64,000 bases of DNA from the IMG/VR virus record IMGVR_UViG_2744054962_000001; one strand, written 5' to 3'. Position numbers and translations under genes: made by a program. The notes beneath the pieces are model-generated. The model was not told the DNA's origin, ran no database searches, and was given only the letters and a program-made list of their open reading frames with translations. Positions 41,201-49,993 of the stretch are shown in pieces (the first letter of the stretch is position 1; the number at the start of each line of letters is the position of its first letter). The stretch comes from a virus (taxonomy: Duplodnaviria; Heunggongvirae; Uroviricota; Caudoviricetes).

Positions 41201-42397
41201 ATTGAAGAAATGAAAAAAACCGTGGCTGAAGTTGAACGTTCTAGTGCCGAAGTTACGACAAACATTGAGGCATTGGCTAAAACAAACATCGATCTTGCTT
41301 TGCGTCAGGATGAAGATCAGCACAAGCAGATGGTGAGTAATGCGAAGATCACCACAACTCAGAAGGCTTTTGCAGACGATATATCTGCAATGGCTACGAA
41401 AATGGAGGAAATTCGCGCTGAAATAAATGAGGATATCAGAGCTTCAATCACTGAAGAAACAACGGCTCGTGTAGATGCTGATAATGCTATTGCAAGCAGA
41501 ATCACCAAACTTGAATCAAAGATTAACGATGATATTTCTGCCGCAATTGTGAGTGAACAAGAGGCACGAGCTAGTGCCGATGAAGCACTTTCAAAAGAAA
41601 TACTATCGTTACAAGCCAAAATTGAAGGCGATATTAGTGCAGCTATATCTGAAGAAAAAATTGCCCGAGCAACTGCTGATGAATCTTTAGCACAACAGAT
41701 AACCACATTGAAGAGCCAGACGGGTAAAGATATTAAGGCGGCTGTAGCAGAAGAGACGAAAGCCAGAACTGACGCTGATTCGGCTTTGGCTTCTAGCATC
41801 ACTAATCTACAGGCGCAAACGAGCAAAGATATTAATGCCGCGATTACGTCTGAGGCGACTGTGCGCACAAACGCCGACAATGCTCTAAGTGGACGAATTG
41901 ACACCTTAAAAGCATCAGTTGATGGAAATACAGCGACAATTCAAGAGCAGGCAACTGCTATTGCTGATACTAACAAAAAGGTTTCAACCGCGTGGACGTT
42001 GAAGATGGAAACGTCAACAAGTGGTGGGCAAAAATATGTCGCAGGTATTGCGCTTGGAATTGACACCACGGGGCTTTCCCAGTTTTTGGTGCAAGCAGAT
42101 CGATTTGGTCTAGTTAACTCAGTTAACGGAAAGATCACCACACCATTTGTTATCGAAAACAGCGTTGCATACATGAATGGTGCGTATATTAAGGATGGTA
42201 CTATCACAAATGCAAAGGTAGGTGACTTGCAATCAACAAACTTCGTAAGCGGACGAGCCGGATGGCGATTTGGTAAAAATGGAACGCTTGAGATCAACGG
42301 CAATAGTGGCGGCAATGGGAGATTGGTTATAAATGGTCAGAGGATTGACGTTTATGATGACAATAATGTCCTTCGAGTGAGGATTGGTCGGCTTTGA
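38237..42397 (+). CDS. Host specificity / central tail fibre protein (lambda gpJ-like)
   Basis: ~1386 aa after K/I genes; C-terminal ~20-aa coiled-coil repeat series. Confidence 0.9.
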   Translation: MEQFKKKKLPLFIAGAGGKKSSKSSSRTPVEADDTVNSRAMAAILDLLGEGVIGGLVNGARSIFIDDLPIVNEDGSSNFSGITWDFRDGSQDQTPMSGFDFVETPKSVNIQLKKTHYVTVSIDNDEADRVRVIMKFPSLRSIDKKTGDTNGTTVEYKFQIANGDSTFVDVVAEGEKSVGIKLTAKKTGVYYRSYELKLPKPGRAYKVRVVRITDDNSSQYLYNDTWVDSIGEIVDTPMNYPNSVLVGLKVNSEQFGSTMPSRSYLVRGLKIRVPSNYNEASNTYDGVWDGTFKLLSSSNPAWILFDLLTNARYGLGQYVSESMIDLGQLYQIGRYCDEEVDDGFGGKEKRFAINTQITSRQDAYRLIQDIAGAFRGMVFWAGGMVNIMQDSPSDPVMMFTNSNVKDGLFTYKGSARKDRPSVALVTYNNKEDGYKQNIEYVEDQDAMRRYGERKTEVVAFGCTSRGQAHRVGLWLLYTARMESDVITFTAGLDASFLMPGETVLIQNKYRAGKRNSGRIVAFTKNSVTLDAPVSLAKGGCFIRILNQEGKIVERDVLETGENITKVTFSKALSSAETPVLNGVWTITEPDLEPMRVRIVNIAQGETPGSFDITAVENNPSKYEAIDNGATLIPQNTTVLDPTYSKPSNLQITEGTYLSSPGNLSVKLTATWEGKSPEYWISWRRSDANNVSNWQSARVTEEQYEIVNVAENGRYDFQLYAVSFNGKKTEIISTVYQVLGTMTPPDAPTSLTAVGDYRNVILNWVNPDSVDLDHINVYASQTNNLDTAKLIAESASTTFTHAGLGDSETWYYWVRASNKRGMLSPPNSNLGTEATTRDVLSFLTGKITSSELGQTLLEEIDSKVSQEAVDSIYQQMEESLKILDDKFTDADQRLEEAQNNLKTEVSGTVSKVEDALKEVANSNAALIQLQETVSEQGKAVAGAVEAANAALDNSSALIAEEREARVEGDLANAKEIEAMKSTVDSSLATIEEMKKTVAEVERSSAEVTTNIEALAKTNIDLALRQDEDQHKQMVSNAKITTTQKAFADDISAMATKMEEIRAEINEDIRASITEETTARVDADNAIASRITKLESKINDDISAAIVSEQEARASADEALSKEILSLQAKIEGDISAAISEEKIARATADESLAQQITTLKSQTGKDIKAAVAEETKARTDADSALASSITNLQAQTSKDINAAITSEATVRTNADNALSGRIDTLKASVDGNTATIQEQATAIADTNKKVSTAWTLKMETSTSGGQKYVAGIALGIDTTGLSQFLVQADRFGLVNSVNGKITTPFVIENSVAYMNGAYIKDGTITNAKVGDLQSTNFVSGRAGWRFGKNGTLEINGNSGGNGRLVINGQRIDVYDDNNVLRVRIGRL

Positions 42398-42427
42398 TTG
42401 TGGAAAAAAATAATCATTTCTGTAAAA

Positions 42428-42469
42428 ATAGGTAGGTACTAACTTAATGGTGGGCATGGAACGCCCACC
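42428..42469 (+). promoter_or_regulatory. ATAAGTA-family motif plus hairpin upstream of tail fibre gene
   Basis: ATAGGTAGGTACTAACTTA followed by hairpin GGTGGGC..GCCCACC. Confidence 0.45.
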
Positions 42470-42490
42470 ATATCTAGGAGCAAAGGATAA

Positions 42491-44878
42491 ATGTGGTACA
42501 GAGAAGGTACAATAAATCTCACTAAAGGAAATAAAACTGTAGTGGGAACAGGCACAGCCTGGGGAGTGACGGCGAACGGCGTCCTTCCAGGTATGATATT
42601 GATTGGCCCCGATAATAAGTTATATGAAATAAAATCAATCGAGAGTGACACTTCGTTAACTCTTGTTGAAGCCTACGGTGGCAGCACCCAAACAAATGTT
42701 CCGTGCAGAATAATTACGACCTATGAAGGTGATTTGACCCAATTTAGTGCTCGTTTTACTGCGCTTATGTCTCGCATGTCAGCCGATTCAAAAATGATGC
42801 GTAGTTGGCTGACTGCTGTGGATGAAATAACAATTGAGCGTGAAGATGGCACGGAATTAACCGTAAAATCCCTTACGCAGATCGTTAATGAGCACAATGA
42901 GAACCTAGAATGGTATAAAGAAAATACTCCCATAATTAACACCGCTGCACAAAAAGCTAAAGAGGCGGCAGCGAGCGCAACAGCGGCCAAAAAATCAGAA
43001 ACTAACTCAAAAGCGAGTGAGACAGCTTCAAAGACTAGCGAAACTAATGCGAAAAATAGCGAGGTAGCTGCAAAATCGAGTCAGAGTGCTGCCGCAAACT
43101 CCGCTACCGCAGCAAAAAACAGCCAGGATGCAGCAGCCGAAAGCGAGAGTGCTGCAGCTGGTTCTGCGACTTCAGCAGCTGGATCAGCAACTGCTGCGGC
43201 TAACAGCCAGAAAGCCGCGAAGACGAGCGAAACTAACGCAAAGTCCAGCCAGACGGCAGCGAAGACCAGCGAAACAAATGCCAAAGCCAGCGAAACTGCG
43301 GCGAAAAACAGTCAGGATGCAGCAGCCCAAAGCGAGAGTGCCGCAGCTGGTTCTGCAAGTGCGGCGGCTTCTTCTGCCTCTGCATCAGCCAACAGTCAAA
43401 AAGCTGCAAAAACCAGTGAAACCAACGCAAAGGCGAGCGAGACTGCGGCGGCTAACTCAGCGAAAGCATCGGCAGCAAGCCAGACGGCTGCAAAAGCAAG
43501 TGAAGACGCAGCCAGAGAGTATGCAAGCCAGGCTGCGGAGCCGTATAAACAAGTTTTGCAGCCGCTTCCCGATGTGTGGATACCGTTTAACGATTCACTG
43601 GATATGATTACGGGCTTTTCGCCGTCATATAAAAAGATTGTTATTGGTGATGATGAAATAACGATGCCTGGCGATAAGGTTGTAAAGTTTAAACGCGCAT
43701 CAACTGCCACATATATCAATAAATCAGGCGTATTTAGTGTTGCTAAAATTGATGAGCCACGATTTGAAAAAGAAGGTTTATTGATTGAAGGACAGCGCAC
43801 TAACTATTTTGTTAAATCCAATATCCCCGCTGAATGGACGAGTACCAGCAATATCGATAAAACTAATAATGGTGTTGATGAATTTGGTTTTTCATATGCC
43901 AAAATGCGAACAAAAGATAATATGACAGGACAATCATCTGCACTTAGTCTGCATACATGCAGTGCATCCCGGGGGATTGATGTTAGTGGCGATAATAAGT
44001 ATTGCACTGTTTCATGCAGGGTTAAAGCTCCTGATGGTCTTCGTTGTCGTTTGCGTTTTGAAAAATACGATGGGTCGGTTTATACATTTTTAGGAGATGC
44101 TTATTTAACTTTCGGAACTCTGATAATAGAAAAAACTGGCGGAGCAGCCAATAGAATAGCAGCTACTGCAACTAAAGATCCGGTTACAGGGTGGATTTTC
44201 TATGAGGCAACTATAGAAGCTGTTGAAGGTGAAACCTTAATTGGCGCAATGATTCAGTATGCGCCGAAAAAAGGTGGTGTAACTGAAGCGGGAGATTATA
44301 TTTACCTTGCAACACCACAATTTGAAAACGGCGGATGTGCTTCATCTTTTGTTATTACGACAACTGTACCCGCAACCCGCTCCAGTGATATGGTGACGAT
44401 CCCAACTGAAAATAATATCTATAATAGACCGCTTACGTGCCTGGTCGAGGTTAATAGAAATTGGGGCGATATTCCTCCTAATGTAGCACCGCGTATTTTT
44501 GATTTTTCTGGTGTGCCACCTATTGAGTCAATTACATACGCTTTTAACACAACTGAGAAATATTACGGTCAGCTTTATATGCAAACTTATAAAGCGTCGA
44601 CAAGTACTTACGTTTCTAGTGTGTTTGCTGGTCGAACTGATGTTCGAAAATTCATTGGTGGTTTTAATATTTATTCTGATGGTACTAAACGAGTAGTTTC
44701 TAACGGTGAGGCTACTAAAACCATGAAAACGGAGTGGACGGGCGTAAAAACACGGACCTTTATTCGAATTGGAGGTCAAGCCACATCGGGAACTCGTCAT
44801 CTATTCGGCCATTTGAGAAATCTTCGTCTCTGGCATAAAGAATTAACTGATGCGCAAATGGGGGAGAGTATTAAATGA
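42491..44878 (+). CDS. Tail fibre protein with Ala/Ser/Lys-rich tandem repeats
   Basis: 795 aa; repeated AAKNSQDAAAESESAAAGSA / KTSETNAK units. Confidence 0.8.
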   Translation: MWYREGTINLTKGNKTVVGTGTAWGVTANGVLPGMILIGPDNKLYEIKSIESDTSLTLVEAYGGSTQTNVPCRIITTYEGDLTQFSARFTALMSRMSADSKMMRSWLTAVDEITIEREDGTELTVKSLTQIVNEHNENLEWYKENTPIINTAAQKAKEAAASATAAKKSETNSKASETASKTSETNAKNSEVAAKSSQSAAANSATAAKNSQDAAAESESAAAGSATSAAGSATAAANSQKAAKTSETNAKSSQTAAKTSETNAKASETAAKNSQDAAAQSESAAAGSASAAASSASASANSQKAAKTSETNAKASETAAANSAKASAASQTAAKASEDAAREYASQAAEPYKQVLQPLPDVWIPFNDSLDMITGFSPSYKKIVIGDDEITMPGDKVVKFKRASTATYINKSGVFSVAKIDEPRFEKEGLLIEGQRTNYFVKSNIPAEWTSTSNIDKTNNGVDEFGFSYAKMRTKDNMTGQSSALSLHTCSASRGIDVSGDNKYCTVSCRVKAPDGLRCRLRFEKYDGSVYTFLGDAYLTFGTLIIEKTGGAANRIAATATKDPVTGWIFYEATIEAVEGETLIGAMIQYAPKKGGVTEAGDYIYLATPQFENGGCASSFVITTTVPATRSSDMVTIPTENNIYNRPLTCLVEVNRNWGDIPPNVAPRIFDFSGVPPIESITYAFNTTEKYYGQLYMQTYKASTSTYVSSVFAGRTDVRKFIGGFNIYSDGTKRVVSNGEATKTMKTEWTGVKTRTFIRIGGQATSGTRHLFGHLRNLRLWHKELTDAQMGESIK

Positions 44879-45156
44879 AAGATTTAACGCTCAAATTTGC
44901 AGACAGGGCCGACTTTTCGGCCTTTATGGAGAGTATTGGCTATTATGATGACGAGTCGATGCAGGGTGATATTCTTATTGACGTGATAGGTAACGTGTAC
45001 AAAGAAACCGGAGAACTGACTGAAGATGGCGAACCGGTATGTGTTAAGGAGGACGGATATTTTGTAAACGTGCGCATCATTAATGATGCAAAAAAATCGT
45101 CAATATTCGATAAATACGCGATTGTTGTTGAGCATCAACTTCGTGGCTGGATGTGA
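44875..45156 (+). CDS. Hypothetical protein (93 aa), possibly fibre-associated
   Basis: ATGA overlap with tail fibre stop. Confidence 0.45.
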   Translation: MKDLTLKFADRADFSAFMESIGYYDDESMQGDILIDVIGNVYKETGELTEDGEPVCVKEDGYFVNVRIINDAKKSSIFDKYAIVVEHQLRGWM

Positions 45157-45165
45157 GGGAGACAA

Positions 45166-45870
45166 ATGGCTACATCGACAGTAATTCCAGGAGACATCAC
45201 CACGTTAAAGGGAGATGTCAGTAAAGCCAAGGAAGATATTTCCTCAATTAACGGAAAAGTATCAACGCTTCAGACTGATATGACCAGTGCAAAGCAGGAT
45301 ATCAGCACCAGATACACAAAAACTGAAGTTGATAATAAGCTGAAAAACAAAGTGGAAGTGAACGATCTGGAAAGTGGTCGTTATGGTGGAGATTTTTACC
45401 CGCTGACTGGTCGTGAAGCGTTTTATTTGTGGGGATTGGGCACGACTACAGCGGCGGCAAACCTTTATCTTAATCCTGACCCCGCAATTTCGTCTGTACT
45501 GCGGTCCACATCGTCTATCCGCTATAAACATTCAGTAGAGACGATAGATTCGGAGCACGCCGATCTCATTTTCAAGATGCGCCCTGTGTGGTACAGGTCG
45601 CAATGCGAAAATGACAGGCGCGATTGGGGATTCTATGGATTGATTGCCGAGGAAGTAGGAGAAATTGCCCCTCAGTTTGTTCACTGGCGACCAGCTAACG
45701 AGAATGATGCTCCTGAAGCTATTTCCAGCAATGGCCTTGTTGCCGAAGGTGTAATGTACGAACGTCTGGTTGTTCCACTGATTCACCATATCCAGAAACT
45801 GACTGAAAGAGTTGATGAACTTGAGTCAGAATTAAAGTTGTTATCAACTTCCCGAAGCGATATTGGATAA
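45166..45870 (+). CDS. Fibre-like protein with C-terminal intramolecular chaperone (peptidase S74-like) domain
   Basis: N-terminal coiled coil; C-terminus SSIRYKHSVETIDSEHADLIFKMRPVWYRS..GLIAEEVGEIAPQFVHW resembles the autoproteolytic chaperone domain of phage fibres. Confidence 0.55.
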   Translation: MATSTVIPGDITTLKGDVSKAKEDISSINGKVSTLQTDMTSAKQDISTRYTKTEVDNKLKNKVEVNDLESGRYGGDFYPLTGREAFYLWGLGTTTAAANLYLNPDPAISSVLRSTSSIRYKHSVETIDSEHADLIFKMRPVWYRSQCENDRRDWGFYGLIAEEVGEIAPQFVHWRPANENDAPEAISSNGLVAEGVMYERLVVPLIHHIQKLTERVDELESELKLLSTSRSDIG

Positions 45871-45880
45871 AGGAGGAGTA

Positions 45881-46165
45881 ATGGATATAACACCTTTCCT
45901 TCATGCACTTTGTGCTGTGGCTGCGCAGGTACTGGTTGGTCTTTTTACCGGAAACTGGGCTTACGGGGCGATAGCCGGTTGTACGTTCTTCATTGCTCGT
46001 GAACATACCCAGGCAGAATATCGCTGGATTGAAATATTCGGGCATGGCAAGCGAATGAATATGCCGTGGTGGGGCGGTTTTGATCCGCGCGCGTGGGATG
46101 TAGCAAGTCTGATGGATTTTGCGATTCCACTTTTAGCGTGCACATTATTATATATTTTTATTTAA
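45881..46165 (+). CDS. Small membrane protein (94 aa)
   Basis: AGGAGG RBS; two hydrophobic segments. Confidence 0.5.
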   Translation: MDITPFLHALCAVAAQVLVGLFTGNWAYGAIAGCTFFIAREHTQAEYRWIEIFGHGKRMNMPWWGGFDPRAWDVASLMDFAIPLLACTLLYIFI

Positions 46166-46263
46166 TATAAGATTAACTGAGATATAGCTTACGCAAAGAA
46201 GGTAATAAATATAAAGAGAGATGTTCTGAGGTAATTTATTGTTGGTGTTTAAGGTTATTTACA

Positions 46264-46286
46264 GATAGGTAAGTGCATACCTATAT
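46264..46286 (+). promoter_or_regulatory. ATAAGTA-family motif (ATAGGTA..TACCTAT inverted repeat)
   Basis: Upstream of lysis cassette. Confidence 0.45.
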
Positions 46287-46346
46287 AAAAAAGATAAAAT
46301 GTGATATAAATCCGCCATCCCGATTTGACTTTTCATGGAGGAAAAT

Positions 46347-46670
46347 ATGTCGAACGAGATGGCGGGCGTAACAACAGAGCAAGTTGAGCGCATTGCCGCG
46401 ATCGTTGCTCGGGAGGTTGTCGGCAAATTAGGTAAAGAGCTACGTGAAGAAATTGGCCAGGAGGTCAACGATCAGCTGAAAACCTACTTTGGTGATATGA
46501 CCCCGGCGCAACATAGTATTCAACACTCCAACCTGGACAAACTCCTTAACCGGTTAGATTCCATCTCCAGTGGGTTCTTTGGCGGCATTGTTTCTAAAAT
46601 AACGTCGTTCATTATTACCGCACTGCTTTTGGGGTTAGCCGCGTATGGCGTGAAAAATGGACTGCAATAA
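46347..46670 (+). CDS. Putative holin or lysis regulator (C-terminal transmembrane helix)
   Basis: GGAGGA RBS; hydrophobic C-terminus; first gene of lysis block. Confidence 0.4.
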   Translation: MSNEMAGVTTEQVERIAAIVAREVVGKLGKELREEIGQEVNDQLKTYFGDMTPAQHSIQHSNLDKLLNRLDSISSGFFGGIVSKITSFIITALLLGLAAYGVKNGLQ

Positions 46671-46683
46671 CAGGAGATCAAGG

Positions 46684-47376
46684 ATGAAGACTCCGAGAGG
46701 CATTCGTAACAATAACCCCGGTAATCTTGATAAAGGATCGCCGTGGCAAGGTCTGGTTGCTAATCCAGACGAACCCCGCTTTTGCACGTTTAAAGACCCT
46801 GTTTGGGGGATTCGTGCGCTGGCGGTGACTCTAATTACCTACCACGACAAACGTCGCGCAAAAGACGGCTCAAGTATCGATACCATTCGTGAAGTTATTG
46901 AACGCTGGGCACCGCCGAACGAAAATAACACTGACGCCTATATTAATGAGGTGTCCAAAGCAGTTGGTGTAACCGCAGACATGATTATCGATCTGCATGA
47001 TTACGACATCCTTCGACCTTTAGTTGAGGCAATCATTCGCCACGAGAATGGCCGAGGCCCGCTAAAAACGCTGAACACCTGGTATGCGGCAGAAGTTATT
47101 GAGGAAGGTCTGCGTCGAGCTGGCGTCGTTAAGCCGGTGAAAACGGTGAAGGCTGTTCCTGTAACGAAAGAAACCGCAGGCGCAACTGTTACAGCAGGTA
47201 TTGGTCTGGCGCAGCTTGCCGATGTTATGCCGCAGATTTCCGCTGCTATGGATAAAGCACAAGGTCATATCTCTAGCGGGGATACAGTACGCATCATCTT
47301 CGGTATTGCCACTATTGTTGTGGCAGGATTCATTGCCTGGTCGCAGGTAAGAAAACACCAGAAAGGGATGGTCTAA
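46684..47376 (+). CDS. Putative endolysin (by position), with C-terminal hydrophobic helix
   Basis: Between holin-like gene and spanin pair; AGGAG RBS; catalytic family not assigned. Confidence 0.4.
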   Translation: MKTPRGIRNNNPGNLDKGSPWQGLVANPDEPRFCTFKDPVWGIRALAVTLITYHDKRRAKDGSSIDTIREVIERWAPPNENNTDAYINEVSKAVGVTADMIIDLHDYDILRPLVEAIIRHENGRGPLKTLNTWYAAEVIEEGLRRAGVVKPVKTVKAVPVTKETAGATVTAGIGLAQLADVMPQISAAMDKAQGHISSGDTVRIIFGIATIVVAGFIAWSQVRKHQKGMV

Positions 47377-47377
47377 T

Positions 47378-47629
47378 ATGCTAGGCAGCCTGATGACAAA
47401 GCTAAAAGTTGCTTTGATTACGCTGGCTGCCGTTCTTTTCGTTCTTGTCGGCGCTTACACGATGGGCGGGAATGCGGCGCGACGAGCAATGGAAGAGAAG
47501 GCAAAACAGGAAGACAGAAAACGACTTCAAAACACAGTGAAAGTGGTGAATGAGACGAGCAGTAAAATACGTCAGAAAGATGCTTCTGCCGTTCATCGTG
47601 AGTTGTATGATAAGTGGGTGCGTCATTAA
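47378..47629 (+). CDS. i-spanin (Rz-like)
   Basis: N-terminal TM helix then charged coiled coil; o-spanin-like gene embedded in +1 frame. Confidence 0.6.
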   Translation: MLGSLMTKLKVALITLAAVLFVLVGAYTMGGNAARRAMEEKAKQEDRKRLQNTVKVVNETSSKIRQKDASAVHRELYDKWVRH

Positions 47630-47765
47630 ACCACAAACAGCCAGCGTGTTGTTCTGCGATGGGGCTGAGCCTATCTATATCAGCAATAATGATGTAATGA
47701 CTGAAGAAACCGAACGCCAAATCCTTTTTCACAATACGATGGGAGAGAGGGTTTGTGGTTGGTGA
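47550..47765 (+). CDS. o-spanin (Rz1-like lipoprotein)
   Basis: Lipobox ISGC after short hydrophobic leader (real start possibly ATG 47580); overlaps i-spanin 3' end. Confidence 0.55.
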   Translation: MRRAVKYVRKMLLPFIVSCMISGCVIKPQTASVLFCDGAEPIYISNNDVMTEETERQILFHNTMGERVCGW

Positions 47766-47772
47766 TGTCGAA

Positions 47773-47794
47773 GTTCCCCTCAAATGAGGGGAAC
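47773..47794. terminator. Bidirectional hairpin between lysis genes and toxin gene
   Basis: GTTCCCCTC-AAAT-GAGGGGAAC. Confidence 0.55.
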
Positions 47795-47797
47795 ACA

Positions 47798-48319
47798 TTA
47801 TTCTTCGAACAATTTTTCGATAGATTTTGTAGGATAGAACAAAGAACGCTCGTTGTTACCAACCAGCTGGATAAAGCCTAAACTTTTATAAAACGCCTTG
47901 GCTTTGTCATTTAACGCCTCAACGAAAAGTCCATGAATGCCTACAGCAAGAGATGCATTGTACACAACGCGCATTGCATGTGTTACAAGCATTGAGCCAA
48001 ATCCTTGACCTTGAAGGGACTTGTCCAAAGCCAGCCTACCCAAAGTAACACTTGGAACATTCCGATAAGGAACCTTCTTTTGTTTGCTTCTTGAAGGTAA
48101 GGACTCCTTTTCAAAACAACTACCTGACAAAGTGTAATATCCTAACACTTTTGGCCTTTCTTCTTGAGTGCAAAGCACATAAGCACGAAGAATTTTTCCC
48201 TCATGCTGCCTTTTTAAGTGGTTGGCTAAAAAGGCGTTTAGTGACTCTTCGCCGCAATCAAAACCGTTTAGATCATAATCTTTCTCTCCAGAGAAAATCT
48301 CTATCGTTGTATTGCTCAC
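47798..48319 (-). CDS. GNAT-family acetyltransferase toxin (TacT/AtaT-like)
   Basis: GNAT motif LQGQGFGSML; GTG start 7 nt after antitoxin stop. Confidence 0.75.
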   Translation of the reverse strand: MSNTTIEIFSGEKDYDLNGFDCGEESLNAFLANHLKRQHEGKILRAYVLCTQEERPKVLGYYTLSGSCFEKESLPSRSKQKKVPYRNVPSVTLGRLALDKSLQGQGFGSMLVTHAMRVVYNASLAVGIHGLFVEALNDKAKAFYKSLGFIQLVGNNERSLFYPTKSIEKLFEE

Positions 48320-48326
48320 GAGTAAA

Positions 48327-48596
48327 CTACTCCATGCTTTTCAGACGATCAGCAGCTCGTTTCAGCTTGTCGTTCGGTGCCGGAGGATTGCTTATAGCGT
48401 CCATAACCAGATTCCAGGATTCTTCATTCAGAACTAGTCTACGGTGTTGCTCTATAACTTTCACGGCACGTTCAGATGCACTGCTAACCATAAACTGAGT
48501 AATGCTCTGGTTAGACATTGCGGCAGCTTCCTCGATGATGCTTTTATCGTCATCGGTTAATCTCAAATCGATGCGCTGCTTTTTTAGTGCTGACAT
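48327..48596 (-). CDS. RHH antitoxin (DUF1778/TacA-like)
   Basis: 89 aa from ATG 48596 (AGGAGG RBS); immediately upstream of GNAT toxin. Confidence 0.7.
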   Translation of the reverse strand: MSALKKQRIDLRLTDDDKSIIEEAAAMSNQSITQFMVSSASERAVKVIEQHRRLVLNEESWNLVMDAISNPPAPNDKLKRAADRLKSME

Positions 48597-48864
48597 GTAT
48601 TCCTCCTGATGGCCGTGATGTAGGAAGGCCATCAATCTCCTCTGTTCAAACTGAGTTTTCGACTCAAAAATTACTTTAAAAGGCTATAGCCCATTACGTG
48701 TGCATTATCAAATTGTGTACGGCATATCACCGTACTTGTAATATAGAGGTCATTGTTACTTTTTTCAACAGACAAATACAAGCTATGATTGCCAATTGTT
48801 AATCACAACCTACCATTTAACCTTTACACCGCAGCCGTAGGCATTTAGGCTATATCACATATAA

Positions 48865-48879
48865 GAAAACAAGTTGTTT
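48865..48879. promoter_or_regulatory. Operator palindrome GAAAACAAGTTGTTT upstream of parA
   Basis: Perfect AAACAAGTTGTTT core 36 nt before parA ATG. Confidence 0.55.
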
Positions 48880-48914
48880 CAGACGATAATTATATACGCA
48901 AAGGGAACTCTCCA

Positions 48915-49583
48915 ATGACCAAGATCTTTGTGGTTGGCGGCACAAAGGGCGGGCCTGGCAAATCCACCGTTGCCCAGCAAATTGCCGTTTGCCTGAAAGT
49001 CAAAAAGAAGAAGAAGGTTTATATTACCGATATAGATATTCAGCGCACGACAACGAGCTGGTGTGAAGACCGTCGACAGAACGAAGACCTTGAGCTGATT
49101 CCTTTTGCATACGTTCAGGATGACATCATTAAGCACCTAAAATCGCTTCAGGGTAGAGCTGAGTTTGTAGTGGTAGATGCTGGTGGCTTCGACTCCGAAA
49201 TTCAGCGACAAGCGATGCTGATGGCTGACGTTATCATTATCCCGCTGCGTCCTAAGCGTCGTGATTTGAAATCTTTACGTGACATCGATCCTATTATCGA
49301 CAATGTTCGCAATGTAAACGATAAAGTGAAGGTCCGCGCGGTCATGAACCAGTGCCCGGCTTTGCCATCACAAGTGTCTCGCATTCTGGCGGCTAAAGAG
49401 ATTGTTGAGACGTTTGGAATCGAGTCTGCGCCAGTCAATCTATATAACCGCAACGTCTATGATGATGCGGAAGAGTCTGGTCGTTCTATCTTTGAAATGA
49501 CCGGTAGCGAGCGCGACAAAAAGGCGGAAGCCGAGTTTGAAGAATTTGTAGATTATCTGTTGAGTCTGGAGGAAGAAGAATAA
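48915..49583 (+). CDS. parA: ParA-family partition ATPase (small, type Ib-like)
   Basis: Deviant Walker A GGTKGGPGKST; 222 aa. Confidence 0.85.
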   Translation: MTKIFVVGGTKGGPGKSTVAQQIAVCLKVKKKKKVYITDIDIQRTTTSWCEDRRQNEDLELIPFAYVQDDIIKHLKSLQGRAEFVVVDAGGFDSEIQRQAMLMADVIIIPLRPKRRDLKSLRDIDPIIDNVRNVNDKVKVRAVMNQCPALPSQVSRILAAKEIVETFGIESAPVNLYNRNVYDDAEESGRSIFEMTGSERDKKAEAEFEEFVDYLLSLEEEE

Positions 49584-49942
49584 TGTCCATGAAAATGGGT
49601 GACCTAGCAAAGCGCAAAGAGCCTGATGCACCGGCTAAGAACACAACTCCTTTGCGCCAACCAGTCAGACCACAAGGACGCCCGACTCGTGGCAAAGAGA
49701 AAATTAAAAGCCGCACTATGTCACTGGAAGACGAATACTTCGAGCTTCTGGAAATGATGAAGTTTATCCCTCGTTTCGAGAAGTTCACCCGCTCTGATGT
49801 GATTCGTGCTGCTATTTTCCATCTGGCAGAGAAGTCACCGCAGGAAATCGAGGACATCGTAAAGCTGAACGAGGCGATCACAGCTGCCGATGTCACGATG
49901 CGTACCGATGAAATTAAACGCGAGTTGATGAAGAAAGGTTAA
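49583..49942 (+). CDS. Small partition partner protein (RHH/ParG-like, putative)
   Basis: TAATG overlap with parA; basic N-terminal tail then RHH-like segment. Confidence 0.5.
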   Translation: MSMKMGDLAKRKEPDAPAKNTTPLRQPVRPQGRPTRGKEKIKSRTMSLEDEYFELLEMMKFIPRFEKFTRSDVIRAAIFHLAEKSPQEIEDIVKLNEAITAADVTMRTDEIKRELMKKG

Positions 49943-49945
49943 TAA

Positions 49946-49978
49946 TGTGGGCTGTCTAGCCCACATTATTTTAATTAA
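49946..49978 (+). terminator. Rho-independent terminator
   Basis: TAATGTGGGC-TGTC-TAGCCCACATTA followed by TTTTAATT. Confidence 0.6.
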
Positions 49979-49993
49979 AGTGGAGTGATAATT

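Noticed and set aside
38584-42457. ORFs antisense or out of frame within the gpJ-like gene (for example 41359..41904, 41941..42315)
   Set aside because: Embedded in a confidently called 1386-aa gene; serine/alanine-rich translations typical of antisense of repeat-rich coding sequence.
42960-43520. Tandem nucleotide repeats, considered as a possible CRISPR-like or repeat array; also alternative-frame ORFs 43086..43607 and 43396..43800
   Set aside because: The repeats are in-frame coding repeats of the tail fibre (Ala/Ser/Lys-rich units) with no spacer-repeat architecture; the alternative-frame ORFs are by-products.
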